A stretch of 64,000 nt of DNA from Planctomycetota bacterium (GCA_024230295.1 JAAERN010000069.1:33752-97751), one strand, 5' to 3'; positions 1-9,475 are shown, counted from the stretch's first letter. Notes: generated by a model from the sequence alone, not told the origin. Program-made: numbers and translations.

Positions 1-48
1 GATCACGGTACACGATTGTCCACAATATGCGAGTTTCTATTCGCGGGA

Positions 49-1305
49 TCAGGGCTTTGGGATGCCAAAACCCTCCGGCGGAACGCAAAGAGAATTTGGC
101 GGCCGATCGCCGGTGAGGGAGTCCAGGAAGGCCTCGATATCCAATAACTGCGAGGCGTTCAGTTCCAGTGGGACCAGTACTGCCTCGGCATGGTGATGCC
201 GTCTGACCTGCCCTTCAAGTGTGTTATAGAACCGGAGGACATCCGAAATGCGTGCAAACTGTCCGGAGTGCATATAGGGGGCCGTCGCCGCCACGTTTCG
301 TAGGGAGGGCGTTCGAAACGAGCCCCAGTGCTCCGGGCCGATCCTCGCCGAGGCCGCTCGCCGGGCCTTGGTGCTTTTCGGGGCGTCACTCCAAGGCCCG
401 TCGGCTCGAAACTCGCTGGCTCGAAGCAGCGGGAATCCTGCACCTCTGCCAGGCATGGGGGCTGCGGCAGGATCGCTTGGGGGGAGTCCGAGGTCATGGA
501 ACTCAAGGTCGGAGAGCATCGGACCAAAGTGGCACTGCATACATCCGGCATCGCCTGCAAAGAGCGCGAAGCCGCGGATAGCCGCGCCGGTCATGATCGC
601 ATCGTCTCGCGTTCCGGATCGAATGGATGCAACCCATCGGTCGAAGTTCGATTCGCCTGGTTCGAGTTGCCGCTCGTACGCCTCGATAGCCTTGCCGAGA
701 TTGGCGTACGCCTGGGTGATTGAGGCGCGGTCCTGTTCGGCCATGGATTCCCACTGTGGCGTGCCCGGTCTTGCACCATCAGGAAATCGCTGCTGGTTTG
801 ACACATCCGGGAGTGGGCCGAAGACAGCGGCGTACGCCTCGGCCAGTTTCGGAGTTGCCGCGAGGTATCGAACAACGTCTGTTCGTGCGCCGCCCATTTC
901 GAGATCACTCTCGATCGGGCCGAGTGCTTGCGACCACAGCGTATCGGCGCGCCCGTCGAGAAAGAGCCAGCGGTGGTGCGCTGTGCCGAGAACGGTCGGC
1001 GTGTTGATGCTCCCCGTCTTGAGACCTTCGGCGAGCGGCTTGCCGTCCGCGAAGCCAAGTGCTGGATCATGGCAGGTCGCGCAGGACACTTCTTTATTAC
1101 TGGAGAGGTTTGGATCGAAGAAGAGTGCCTGCCCAAATTGGCGTGCCGCAGGGTCGTCAGCGACACGGTTGGTCGGATTCGCTGGCGGCGGTGGAACCGG
1201 ACTCGAGGCAAGTGCCGACCGCTTGATCGGGGCGGGCAGTTCACCGGCGAGTGTTGGCGCTACCAGAAGGCAGCATATTGCAATGGTGAACATGTCTCGG
1301 TTCAT
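49..1305 (-). CDS. di-haem cytochrome c peroxidase / MauG-family protein
   Basis: Signal peptide MFTIAICCLLVAPTLA. Two haem-c motifs, CATCH and CMQCH, lie about 170 aa apart in a CCP/MauG-like layout. The ATG at 1305 overlaps the stop of the upstream gene (ATGA). Confidence 0.85.
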   Translation of the reverse strand: MNRDMFTIAICCLLVAPTLAGELPAPIKRSALASSPVPPPPANPTNRVADDPAARQFGQALFFDPNLSSNKEVSCATCHDPALGFADGKPLAEGLKTGSINTPTVLGTAHHRWLFLDGRADTLWSQALGPIESDLEMGGARTDVVRYLAATPKLAEAYAAVFGPLPDVSNQQRFPDGARPGTPQWESMAEQDRASITQAYANLGKAIEAYERQLEPGESNFDRWVASIRSGTRDDAIMTGAAIRGFALFAGDAGCMQCHFGPMLSDLEFHDLGLPPSDPAAAPMPGRGAGFPLLRASEFRADGPWSDAPKSTKARRAASARIGPEHWGSFRTPSLRNVAATAPYMHSGQFARISDVLRFYNTLEGQVRRHHHAEAVLVPLELNASQLLDIEAFLDSLTGDRPPNSLCVPPEGFGIPKP

Positions 1306-1718
1306 TCGAGAATCACCGTCTCCGACGCGCGGTGCAATACACCGTTCTCGTCTGTGACATCAAAGGTCATGACCCATTCGCCAGGCATGTGCAAATTCAG
1401 GTCTTGAAGCTGCCATGTAGAGTCATCGGTGCGGGTGGCATTGACGACGGTGTTCATGCCGTGCCGGTGCGCTGGCATGGTGGCGTCGAAGCGGAAGTCC
1501 TGCGGCGGCGAATTGCCCCGCAAGTCGTCAACCTCGACGAACATTTCGAAGTACTCGTTGGCTTTGATCGCTTCCGGAGTCGTCTTTCGCCACGTGACGC
1601 GGTATCGCCCATCTTCTGTGACGTTTGACTGATTCAATCCGGAGTGCCCCGTCGATGCGCATCCGGCGAGAAGGAGTGCCATGCCAATAAGAAGAGCTTT
1701 GGCAGAAACAAACTGCAT
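1302..1718 (-). CDS. YtkA/FixH-like lipoprotein
   Basis: Track ORF 1302..1946 trimmed to the ATG at 1718, which gives a lipoprotein signal (MQFVSAKALLIGMALLLAGC). The mature part has the MPAHRHGM ... HMPGEW pattern typical of YtkA-like beta-sandwich domains. The start overlaps the stop of the NHL gene (ATGA). Confidence 0.6.
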   Translation of the reverse strand: MQFVSAKALLIGMALLLAGCASTGHSGLNQSNVTEDGRYRVTWRKTTPEAIKANEYFEMFVEVDDLRGNSPPQDFRFDATMPAHRHGMNTVVNATRTDDSTWQLQDLNLHMPGEWVMTFDVTDENGVLHRASETVILE

Positions 1719-3547
1719 CACTTGTCCTCTGAGCCAGTGGTTTTGTTGGAAGAAGCCGCCGCGCGGCTCTCTTGATCGGCGGTCCAGGCGCGTCCGGCGC
1801 CGAAGGTCATGATCCATGTTCCGTCGGGTTCGAACATCTGGGCTCGATGGTTGCCATGGTCGAGCACAATAATTCGATCGTGGTGGTCCACGACCACCGC
1901 TGCGGGTCGCCACAACTGCCCGTGTTCGACGCCTCGCTCGCCCCACGACGCGAGTTCGGTTCCGTCGACGGCAAACCGGTGAATCCGGTGCGCGGCTCGA
2001 TCAACGACGACGATGGAATTGTCGGAGAGTTGGGCAAGATCGACAGGGTCCTCGAGTGCTACAAGTTCGATCGATCGTTGCTCGGATGAATGGCCGGGCC
2101 AAACTCCGTGAAGTTGAATGGCCCTTTCGCGCGCATCGAGAACCGCGAACCGTGGATTCTGTCCGTCCTCCCCAGGCACTGCGAGCGCGGCGATCGGGTC
2201 GCGCAGCAGATCGATGGCGATCGGCGAGTGCTGCCCGTCGCCTTGCAGTGTCCAGCCGCGAGCTTGATTGCGGTCAAGAAAAACGAGGTCACTTCCCGCC
2301 TTCACGAGATCTCCGGGACCCGATTGCTGGAGGGGGGCCGAGCGATTGAGTGTGGCCATCGATGGATCGAACCGAGGTTGATCGGGTGGCGGCGGATTGA
2401 GCATCCATTCGTGGACGCGGGCATTGGTGGCGTCGACGGCCCACAGCCGCTGCCGATCAGCATCGATCGCCATGGCCGTGAGGTCTCCGAGTTGACCAGG
2501 GGCTGTGCCGGGCGTTCCAAACGTACTGAGCCGAACGGGGGTGCGCCGGTCGAGATCGAAGATATGGATGGCGCGAAGTTCGGGTTCCCAGGTGCAGAAG
2601 AACCTGCCATCGGTTGCGGCGACCGGTCCAAAGTGCGATTGCACACCGGGGGGGGCCTGCGCGGGCTTGTCGATTGCTTTGCCGCTCGCGCCGAATCGCT
2701 GTGTCCGCTCCTCGAACGGTTCCGCAACCACGATGTCGCCTTGTGGCAGGATCGCGGCGTCAGCCGGATAATGCACGCGGCCTTCTCCCTGGCGTGGAAG
2801 GAACGAATGCATGCCCCACGATTCGATCGCTGCGCCGGTTGCTCCGTCGAGTATCTGTACGCGGTGATTCAATCGATCCGTGACTACGATGTATCCATCC
2901 GCAGTGTCGATGCCGCTTGGCTCCATGAACTGCCCGGGGAAGTTGCCCCACGATCCAATGCTTCGGATCTGTTTGCCGCTCGGTGAAAAGCACAGCACGC
3001 GATGGTTGTGTGTGTCGGCGACCCAGATTCGGTTGTCTGAATCGATGGCAATGCCCTCGGGGCGTCGCATTGGATCGTCGGGAGAACCTTCGATGGCGTA
3101 CAGATACTTTCCACCCAGTTGATACAACTGCACGCGGTCGTTGCCCGTATCAGCAACGGCGACGAAGTTCGATCCCACCGCCACATCATGTGGCGCCAGC
3201 AAGCGATAGTCCTCGCTCCCTCTTCCACCGAACCCACCCAGCATCAGACCCTCACCGTCAAAGAACATGACACGGTGATTGCCGGTATCGGCGACGAAGA
3301 TCCGTCCGTCTTCGCAGTGCGATAGGCCGCGAGGTTGATGCAGGGTTCGTGAGAGGTCAAGTGTCGTGGCAGATTCGCCGGAGCCAAGTCGGACGTGTCC
3401 GGAGTCTCCATCGAGCGTGGCGACGCGGCCGTCCGGCAAGGCTACAACTGCGCAGACACCTCCGAGATCGTTTTCCGTTGAGATCCAGCGGCCCATGTCG
3501 GATGGAAGCAGAAGCGGGATCGCAAGAAGGAGGGGCGTGATTGGCAT
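1718..3547 (-). CDS. NHL-repeat beta-propeller protein (secreted)
   Basis: Track ORF 1718..3850 trimmed to the ATG at 3547 (MPITPLLLAIPLLL). There are at least six NHL-type repeats: DTGNHRVMFF, DTGNDRVQLY, DTHNHRVLCF, DRLNHRVQIL, DRAAHRIHRF and DHGNHRAQMF. Confidence 0.75.
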   Translation of the reverse strand: MPITPLLLAIPLLLPSDMGRWISTENDLGGVCAVVALPDGRVATLDGDSGHVRLGSGESATTLDLSRTLHQPRGLSHCEDGRIFVADTGNHRVMFFDGEGLMLGGFGGRGSEDYRLLAPHDVAVGSNFVAVADTGNDRVQLYQLGGKYLYAIEGSPDDPMRRPEGIAIDSDNRIWVADTHNHRVLCFSPSGKQIRSIGSWGNFPGQFMEPSGIDTADGYIVVTDRLNHRVQILDGATGAAIESWGMHSFLPRQGEGRVHYPADAAILPQGDIVVAEPFEERTQRFGASGKAIDKPAQAPPGVQSHFGPVAATDGRFFCTWEPELRAIHIFDLDRRTPVRLSTFGTPGTAPGQLGDLTAMAIDADRQRLWAVDATNARVHEWMLNPPPPDQPRFDPSMATLNRSAPLQQSGPGDLVKAGSDLVFLDRNQARGWTLQGDGQHSPIAIDLLRDPIAALAVPGEDGQNPRFAVLDARERAIQLHGVWPGHSSEQRSIELVALEDPVDLAQLSDNSIVVVDRAAHRIHRFAVDGTELASWGERGVEHGQLWRPAAVVVDHHDRIIVLDHGNHRAQMFEPDGTWIMTFGAGRAWTADQESRAAASSNKTTGSEDK

Positions 3548-3587
3548 TCGAGCAGGATAGGCCACGTACCAATGGTGGGCGCGGCTC

Positions 3588-3965
3588 TCAGTCTGCGCTG
3601 TCTGGCTTGACCGTGAATCCGAGCGATCGGATTCTCGATTTGATCGCATCGAGATCGGTTCCGGGTCTGATCCACAGAACGACCTGCTCCTCGGTGGCCG
3701 ATGCCGCCACTGCGCTGACGCCTTCGCATCCCATGACTTGCTGGCTGATTGCGTTTTCGCAACTCCCGCAGTGCATGCCGAGTACTGGAAGCACGACCCG
3801 CTCGCCAGTTCGTGATTGGACCTGCTGCGGTGGTTGCCCATCACAAGCAAATGAAAGCATGATCATCAAAGTCGAAATCAGTGCCAGCGGCCATGTGCGA
3901 AACATGCGCGAACTGTACTGTTCTTGGCGCATGCAAAGATCTGCCTGTCGCATCTTTTTCTTCAT
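3588..3965 (-). CDS. heavy-metal-associated (HMA) domain lipoprotein
   Basis: Track ORF 3588..4172 trimmed to the ATG at 3965 (alternative ATG at 3905). It has a lipobox (MLSFAC) and the HMA metal-binding motif GMHCGSCE, followed by a CopZ/MerP-like sequence. Confidence 0.7.
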   Translation of the reverse strand: MKKKMRQADLCMRQEQYSSRMFRTWPLALISTLMIMLSFACDGQPPQQVQSRTGERVVLPVLGMHCGSCENAISQQVMGCEGVSAVAASATEEQVVLWIRPGTDLDAIKSRIRSLGFTVKPDSAD

Positions 3966-4041
3966 GACAGCAGTCGGCAACGGATCATGTTCTTGCTCGT
4001 GGACTGACTCAGAAGTCCACAAGGACTTCTGAATCACATCG

Positions 4042-5316
4042 CTACGTCTTGAGTACCGGCGCTGGTGTCCACTGTTTGCGGAGGATGGCATCGGGATCGG
4101 CACCCATCCAATTTTTGAGTACTGCCGCGTAGACCTGGCGGAAGTCGGCGGTGAATTTGAGGTCGCCTTCATCGAGATTGGTGAGGCTTGGATGCGTGCC
4201 GAGCACGCCCGGCTTGACCATCGGCCCGACGAGATACATCGGTGCTGCGGTGCCGTGATCGGTGCCGCCCGAGGCGTTTTCGCCGACGCGGCGGCCGAAC
4301 TCCGAGAAGACCATCGTCAGGACGCGGCCATCGTTGCCCTGAGCCTTGAGTTCCTTGTTGAATGCGAGCAGCGAGTTGCCGACCTGCCTGAGGAGGCGTT
4401 GGTGCGAGCCCTCTTGATTCGCATGCGTGTCGAATCCGCCAAGGGTGACGTAGTAGACGCGGGTCGGCATGTCGGCGCGGATCATGCCCGCCACCATCTT
4501 GAGTTGGTCGGAGAGGTCGCCCCCGGGCCACGTCGCGAGTGGCGCGAGTGCTGCGGCGCGGCGTACTTGGTCCGAAGACACCATGGCATCCATGGCGGTG
4601 CGTTTGAGGAAGGCGAGATTGGTGTCCGCCGCGGCCGGATCTGGCGCCGCCATGGATCGCCAGTTGGACTCGACATCGCCGCCGAGGTCGCCGCCCATCC
4701 ACCGGTAGAGTTCCGGCATTTCGAAACTGACCGGCAACGATCGGTCGCCCTGCATCGCGAGCGGGGCAGTGTTTCCCAACGCAATGGCGGCACCAGCCTT
4801 TGGTGTTCCGGGGCAGGTGTTGTCGAAGTACCGACCGATCCAACCGTTGTCTCGGCCGCTCGTATCGGCGGTATGCCAGATATCCATCGATGAGAAGTGC
4901 GAGCGATTCGGGTTGGGATAGCCGATGCCCTGCACAATGGTCCCGATGCCCTCGTCGAGCAGTTCTCGCATTCCACTGAAAGCGGGGTGTAGGCCTAGGC
5001 CGTCGACGCCGGGAATGCGAAGGGCCGCATCGTTGCCTTTGCCGGGCGCGGCGATCGCGAGTTGGGGTCGTTTTCGGTAGTACTCGGCATCGCCGTACGG
5101 CACAACCGTATTGAGCCCATCATTACCGCCACCAAGTTGCACGACGACAAGCACCCGCTCCTGTGGCACGCCGGCCAGCGAGGTCAGCAGCGAGTGTGAC
5201 GGCAGCGACATGGCCTGGCTCGCTTGCTGAATGAAGAGCGGGGCCGTTGAGGCGAGGCTTGCCAAGGTGGTGCCTCGCTTGAGAAAGTTTCGTCGTGTCC
5301 AGGCTGTGTCGATCAT
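4042..5316 (-). CDS. DUF1501 domain protein (Tat-exported, sulfatase-like fold)
   Basis: Twin-arginine signal TRRNFLKRGTTLASLA. The body is typical of DUF1501 (GGNDGLNTVVP, GGFDTH, SEFGRR, GTDHG). It lies immediately downstream of a DUF1800 gene. Confidence 0.85.
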   Translation of the reverse strand: MIDTAWTRRNFLKRGTTLASLASTAPLFIQQASQAMSLPSHSLLTSLAGVPQERVLVVVQLGGGNDGLNTVVPYGDAEYYRKRPQLAIAAPGKGNDAALRIPGVDGLGLHPAFSGMRELLDEGIGTIVQGIGYPNPNRSHFSSMDIWHTADTSGRDNGWIGRYFDNTCPGTPKAGAAIALGNTAPLAMQGDRSLPVSFEMPELYRWMGGDLGGDVESNWRSMAAPDPAAADTNLAFLKRTAMDAMVSSDQVRRAAALAPLATWPGGDLSDQLKMVAGMIRADMPTRVYYVTLGGFDTHANQEGSHQRLLRQVGNSLLAFNKELKAQGNDGRVLTMVFSEFGRRVGENASGGTDHGTAAPMYLVGPMVKPGVLGTHPSLTNLDEGDLKFTADFRQVYAAVLKNWMGADPDAILRKQWTPAPVLKT

Positions 5317-5350
5317 GGGTCGTTTCCAGAGTGGCTGCGATGCGATTGCA

Positions 5351-6841
5351 TCAGCAGAGTTGGTATTCGGGTGCTGCCGTCATGAGCGAGAGAAGATGCG
5401 TCAATGTCTCGTTGTCGAGTGACTCGCGGTTGCGAGCGAATGCGACCCACCGATCGAGGCTTCCGTCGGTCGGCGGACTTCCGAGCAGCAGGCGTGAGAG
5501 ATAGGTGACGATGTCTACAACCTCGTCCCGATCAGGAAGCCCCCGAAGATGCGCCACGAGTGGCTCGGCAGTCCAGCCGCCGCGGGATGCTTCCCAGGCG
5601 CGGGAGGCGGGATCGCGGCCGGTCATCAGGTACACGAGCATGTTCTCTCGAACGAAGAGCGTCGATGTGTTGATCCATTTGCGGCCGGCTTCCCAGCCCT
5701 TGACGCTTGGCGGTTGGAACAGTTGCTGACCCATCACGCCGCAGGCCTGATTGAGTCGGTTGATGTTTCGGGCGGGTGTGCCAAGTGAGCGGATGGCCTG
5801 AACGGTCAACTGGATGGGGCTCTTGATCATCGTCCATCGGTGCCGATCGTCGTAGAACCACTTTGAGCAGAGAAGTTCCCGAAGCATCGGGCGAACTTCC
5901 CATGACGTATTCCGGAAGGTGCGGCCCATACGACTGACCGCCCGTTTCGTATCCGAGTCGACTTCAAAGGCATCGTTCACGAAGAAGCGGTGAATCTTCC
6001 ATGGCACGAACCAAGAGATTGCGGGCTGCTGGAAGATGAGTTCAACGAAATCGTCGCCGTCGAATTGCCCGCTGCGGCCGAAGATCCGCTTGCCGCTTGA
6101 GTCGTGGTTACGCTGATTGAATGCGAAGGCGTCATCGCGATAGGACATGCCCGTCAATGCCCGGGCACCTTCCTTGATGTCGTCTTCGGTATACCCCGCG
6201 CCTTCGCCGAGGGTGAAGAGTTCCATGAGTTCTCGGGCGAGATTCTCGTTCGGCGCCTTGCGTGTGTTCTGATTGTTGTTTAGGTACTTGATCATCGCCG
6301 GATCGCGGATGATCCCGTGGACCAGGTCGTTGCGGAAGTTGCCTCCGGCGTTCTGCCGCAGGAAGTTGTTCTGAAGCATCATGTGCCAACTGTCCTCGAC
6401 CGCGCGGTATCCCGTGGCGAAGTGGCCGTGCCAGAACAGCGTCATTTTCTCTTGAAGCGGTCGGGGGGTTTCGATCAGTCGCTCGAGCCACCACATCTGG
6501 ATATCCCGCATTTGGCGGCGATCTTCCCGTTGCCGGGCCTGCCTGGCATCTCTGAACTTCTCCAGCGCCGACTCATCGCCGCTCCGGCGAGCCTTATTTC
6601 GCTTTTCTCGCTGATCCCGGGTGAGCGGCACCATGATGTCGCTTCTGAACTGACTTCCGTCAGATGCTGGGTCGGGTATGCGTTCCCAATCGAGCAAATA
6701 CTCGACGGCATCTTCGCAGCCCATGTCAGTGAGCGTCAGGATCTGTTCGGGGGTTCCACCGAATCCAGCCCGAGCAAGAAGGTGCTCGGCTTCCGAATAT
6801 CCGAAATCTTTCTTTGGCAGAGGTGAGAGTGCGTGCGGCAT
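5351..6841 (-). CDS. DUF1800 domain protein
   Basis: Characteristic DUF1800 N-terminus (EAEHLLARAGFGGTPEQI) and WHGHFAT motif. Paired with DUF1501, as is common in Planctomycetota. Confidence 0.85.
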   Translation of the reverse strand: MPHALSPLPKKDFGYSEAEHLLARAGFGGTPEQILTLTDMGCEDAVEYLLDWERIPDPASDGSQFRSDIMVPLTRDQREKRNKARRSGDESALEKFRDARQARQREDRRQMRDIQMWWLERLIETPRPLQEKMTLFWHGHFATGYRAVEDSWHMMLQNNFLRQNAGGNFRNDLVHGIIRDPAMIKYLNNNQNTRKAPNENLARELMELFTLGEGAGYTEDDIKEGARALTGMSYRDDAFAFNQRNHDSSGKRIFGRSGQFDGDDFVELIFQQPAISWFVPWKIHRFFVNDAFEVDSDTKRAVSRMGRTFRNTSWEVRPMLRELLCSKWFYDDRHRWTMIKSPIQLTVQAIRSLGTPARNINRLNQACGVMGQQLFQPPSVKGWEAGRKWINTSTLFVRENMLVYLMTGRDPASRAWEASRGGWTAEPLVAHLRGLPDRDEVVDIVTYLSRLLLGSPPTDGSLDRWVAFARNRESLDNETLTHLLSLMTAAPEYQLC

Positions 6842-6899
6842 AGAACGGACTCCTGATGTGGTCAGTCGAGTCTACGTCAAGAAGGTCGCTGGCATCCCC

Positions 6900-9095
6900 T
6901 CAACTGGCAAGGGTTTGAAATGGCTTCATCCGGCGAAGGCCCCGGCCGAGGCGAACGGCGTTGCCCACGACCGTGATATCGCTGAGCGCCATGGCACCTG
7001 CGGCGATCAGCGGCCCCCATGGCCCAAGCAAGCCGAATGCGGCCACTGGAATCATGATCGTGTTGTAAAAGAACGCGAAGAACAGATTTTGGTGGATCGT
7101 TCGGAGGGTCCGGCGCGCAATCACGATCAGCATCGGCACGGCGGAAGGCCGGTGTGCCGGAATAACGACATCTGCGGCGTCGATTGCGACGTTTGTGCCG
7201 GATCCAACGGCGACGCCGACGGTCGCTGTTGCGAGGGCTGCGGCATCATTGATGCCGTCGCCGACCATGAGGACACGCTCGGTCGCGTTCCGAACGGCGG
7301 CAGCCTTCTCCTCGGGCGTGACGCCGGCGCGGACTTGGGAGGCATCCATGCCGATCTGTGATGCGATGGCTTCGGCAGCCTCCTGTCGATCGCCGGAGAG
7401 CATCTCGACACCCAGCCCAAGCGATGTGAGCGTTGAGACCGCGGTCGATGCGTCCGAAAGCGGCCTGTCACGAACATCGATGCGGCCGATCAGTTCATCA
7501 TCGGCGAAGACCGCGCACGCCGCGGACTCGTCTCGGCGGACCACGACTGCCCGCCCTTCAATCGTCGCCGTTACGCCACTTCCGGGAACCGCGACGAAGG
7601 TATCGGCGGGAGGGAGTTGAATGCCGCGTTCGGCAATCACCTCGCTGATCGCCCGAGCAACCGGATGTTCGCTTCCGCGTTCGGCCGCCCCGGTAAGCCG
7701 CAGCAGTTCGGATTCATCGTGCCCCGGGGCGGGTTCGATCGATACGACGACAGGTCGACCCTCGGTCAGCGTGCCGGTCTTGTCAAAGATGACCCGCTGT
7801 ACGCTTCCGGCGCGTTCCAACGCTGCCGCGGACTTGATGAGAATGCCGCGGCGTCCGGCTTCGCCGGTGCCGACCATGACAGCCATCGGTGTCGCCAGAC
7901 CAAGCGCGCACGGGCAAGAGATGATGAGGACGGTGACGGTGGCGATGATGCCGGTGAAGAATGGCGCCAAGTCGCCGGTGACGCCCGCGAGGATCGACCA
8001 TCCGGTGATCGTCAAGACGGCGACGGCGAGAACGGCTGGCACGAAGATCGAACTGACTTTGTCGGCAATCCGTTGAATGGAGGCGCGGCTGCTCAGCGTG
8101 TCAGAGACAAGTCTGGCGATTCTCGCGATGGTTGAGTCCTGTCCTCCGGACTCCGCTTCGATCACGAGCCGGCCGAGCGTATTGGCCGATCCCGACACAA
8201 CCTGATCGCCAGAATGCTTGAGGGTTGGAATGGGCTCGCCGGTAATGAGCGATTCATCGACCTCGGACTCGCCTTCGACTACCACGCCGTCCACGGGAAT
8301 GCGTCCACCCGGTTTGATCAGGATGCGATCTCCGGGGACGACTGCCGAGAGGGGCACGGACGTCGTAGTGCCATCGGCGTCCAGCCGCTCGGCCGAATCC
8401 GGCTGGAGTTCCAACAGGCTTCGAATCGCAGACCCGGCCCGCGCCGAAGATCTGGCTTCAAGCCAGTGTCCGAGGCTGATGAGCCCAAGCAGGGCCGCCG
8501 CTTCGGTGAAGTAACTCGGTTGACCGTGTTCGACGCCGACGCGTTCGAGCACAAAGAGCACCAGCGAGTAGAGCCATGCGGTTCCGGCACCTATGGAAAT
8601 CAGCGTGTCCATATTGGTACTGCCGCGGCGGAGCGCGCCCCAGGCGGAAAGGAAGAACCCCGGTCCGACGATTGCGATGACCGCAGTTGCCAGTACGCCG
8701 AGGACCCACGGAATCCACGGGCCTCCGATGCCCAGCGGGTGGGCCGCCCAGTGCAGCACGCCCATTGGAATCCAGATGCCAACGCCGACAAGCGCGCGGT
8801 ATCGCCACTGACGCTCGTTCTGGGCGGCGCGGCGTTCGATATGTTCCTGCAACTCGGCGGCCGACTCGGGGGCTCCATCCACGACGGTCGTGGGGTAGCC
8901 CACAGCGGTCACAAGCCGGGCGGCCTCGACCGGATCGATGGTCCCATGGACGATCCCTCGGCCGGTTTGGACGCTGATGCTGGCGTCGTTTACCTCAGGG
9001 TGGGCCAAGAGGGCCCCCCGGGCAGTTTCCACGCAGCTCGCGCAATTGATGTCCTCAACCTGAAGTTGAATAGCCTGTGGGTCCGCTTTGATCAT
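6900..9095 (-). CDS. copA: copper-translocating P1B-type ATPase
   Basis: N-terminal HMA motif (NCASCV), transmembrane CPC motif (SCPCALGLATP), phosphorylation site DKTGTLT, and hinge motif GDGINDAAAL. Confidence 0.9.
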   Translation of the reverse strand: MIKADPQAIQLQVEDINCASCVETARGALLAHPEVNDASISVQTGRGIVHGTIDPVEAARLVTAVGYPTTVVDGAPESAAELQEHIERRAAQNERQWRYRALVGVGIWIPMGVLHWAAHPLGIGGPWIPWVLGVLATAVIAIVGPGFFLSAWGALRRGSTNMDTLISIGAGTAWLYSLVLFVLERVGVEHGQPSYFTEAAALLGLISLGHWLEARSSARAGSAIRSLLELQPDSAERLDADGTTTSVPLSAVVPGDRILIKPGGRIPVDGVVVEGESEVDESLITGEPIPTLKHSGDQVVSGSANTLGRLVIEAESGGQDSTIARIARLVSDTLSSRASIQRIADKVSSIFVPAVLAVAVLTITGWSILAGVTGDLAPFFTGIIATVTVLIISCPCALGLATPMAVMVGTGEAGRRGILIKSAAALERAGSVQRVIFDKTGTLTEGRPVVVSIEPAPGHDESELLRLTGAAERGSEHPVARAISEVIAERGIQLPPADTFVAVPGSGVTATIEGRAVVVRRDESAACAVFADDELIGRIDVRDRPLSDASTAVSTLTSLGLGVEMLSGDRQEAAEAIASQIGMDASQVRAGVTPEEKAAAVRNATERVLMVGDGINDAAALATATVGVAVGSGTNVAIDAADVVIPAHRPSAVPMLIVIARRTLRTIHQNLFFAFFYNTIMIPVAAFGLLGPWGPLIAAGAMALSDITVVGNAVRLGRGLRRMKPFQTLAS

Positions 9096-9124
9096 AGGGC
9101 CGGTAGACTACCTTCCAGATGCTC

Positions 9125-9385
9125 TCACCACGCCGATCCATCATAGTTTCGCTCATGCCGGTCCTTGCCGTGCTGTGCGTTTTGCTCGGGGATCCCCGCA
9201 GCGAGTCGCCCAGATCCTCGGGAGCGAACGAACATGCCGCTCTGGTGGTAGCTGTAGGTGAAGTTGTCGATGTGGAGGCCGCTGCCTGTGCTCAGGCTGG
9301 GTTGCCCGTCGGTGCCATGCCAGCCCCCAGTGCTGGCCGCCTTCGCGTGCGTGAGGCCGACCGGCTGGGCCCCGCCCGGCTGCAT
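9125..9385 (-). CDS. hypothetical small His/Gly-rich protein upstream of copA
   Basis: An internal ATG of track ORF 9125..9448 is preceded by a strong SD (GGAGGAGGAAG ATG). The first ~45 codons have very high third-position GC. It ends 29 nt before the copA start on the same strand. I recognise no family. Confidence 0.4.
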   Translation of the reverse strand: MQPGGAQPVGLTHAKAASTGGWHGTDGQPSLSTGSGLHIDNFTYSYHQSGMFVRSRGSGRLAAGIPEQNAQHGKDRHERNYDGSAW

Positions 9386-9475
9386 CTTCCTCCTCCAAGT
9401 GCCTGATCGGTCTCCGGCTCGCCCGTATCTGCACTCAAGTCCAAACAAACTTCACATTCCTCAGGATGAATTCCA

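Noticed and set aside
368-1357. 329-aa plus-strand ORF (and several shorter ones) overlapping the cytochrome c peroxidase gene
   Set aside because: It is antisense to a gene with clear haem-binding motifs. The translation is Arg/Ser/Ala/Pro-rich and low in complexity, as is typical of shadow ORFs in high-GC DNA.
1719-3850. N-terminal extensions of track ORFs 1302..1946 and 1718..3850
   Set aside because: The extensions are Arg-rich, overlap the upstream genes, and precede internal ATGs (1718 and 3547) that give proper signal peptides and ATGA coupling. I therefore trimmed them.
8214-9146. 310-aa plus-strand ORF inside copA
   Set aside because: It is antisense to an unambiguous P-type ATPase, and it has no motifs.
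9119-9406. 95-aa plus-strand ORF in the copA-secA intergenic region
   Set aside because: It has no SD and weaker codon-position bias than the overlapping minus-strand ORF 9125..9385, which has a strong SD. Only the minus-strand candidate was retained, at low confidence.
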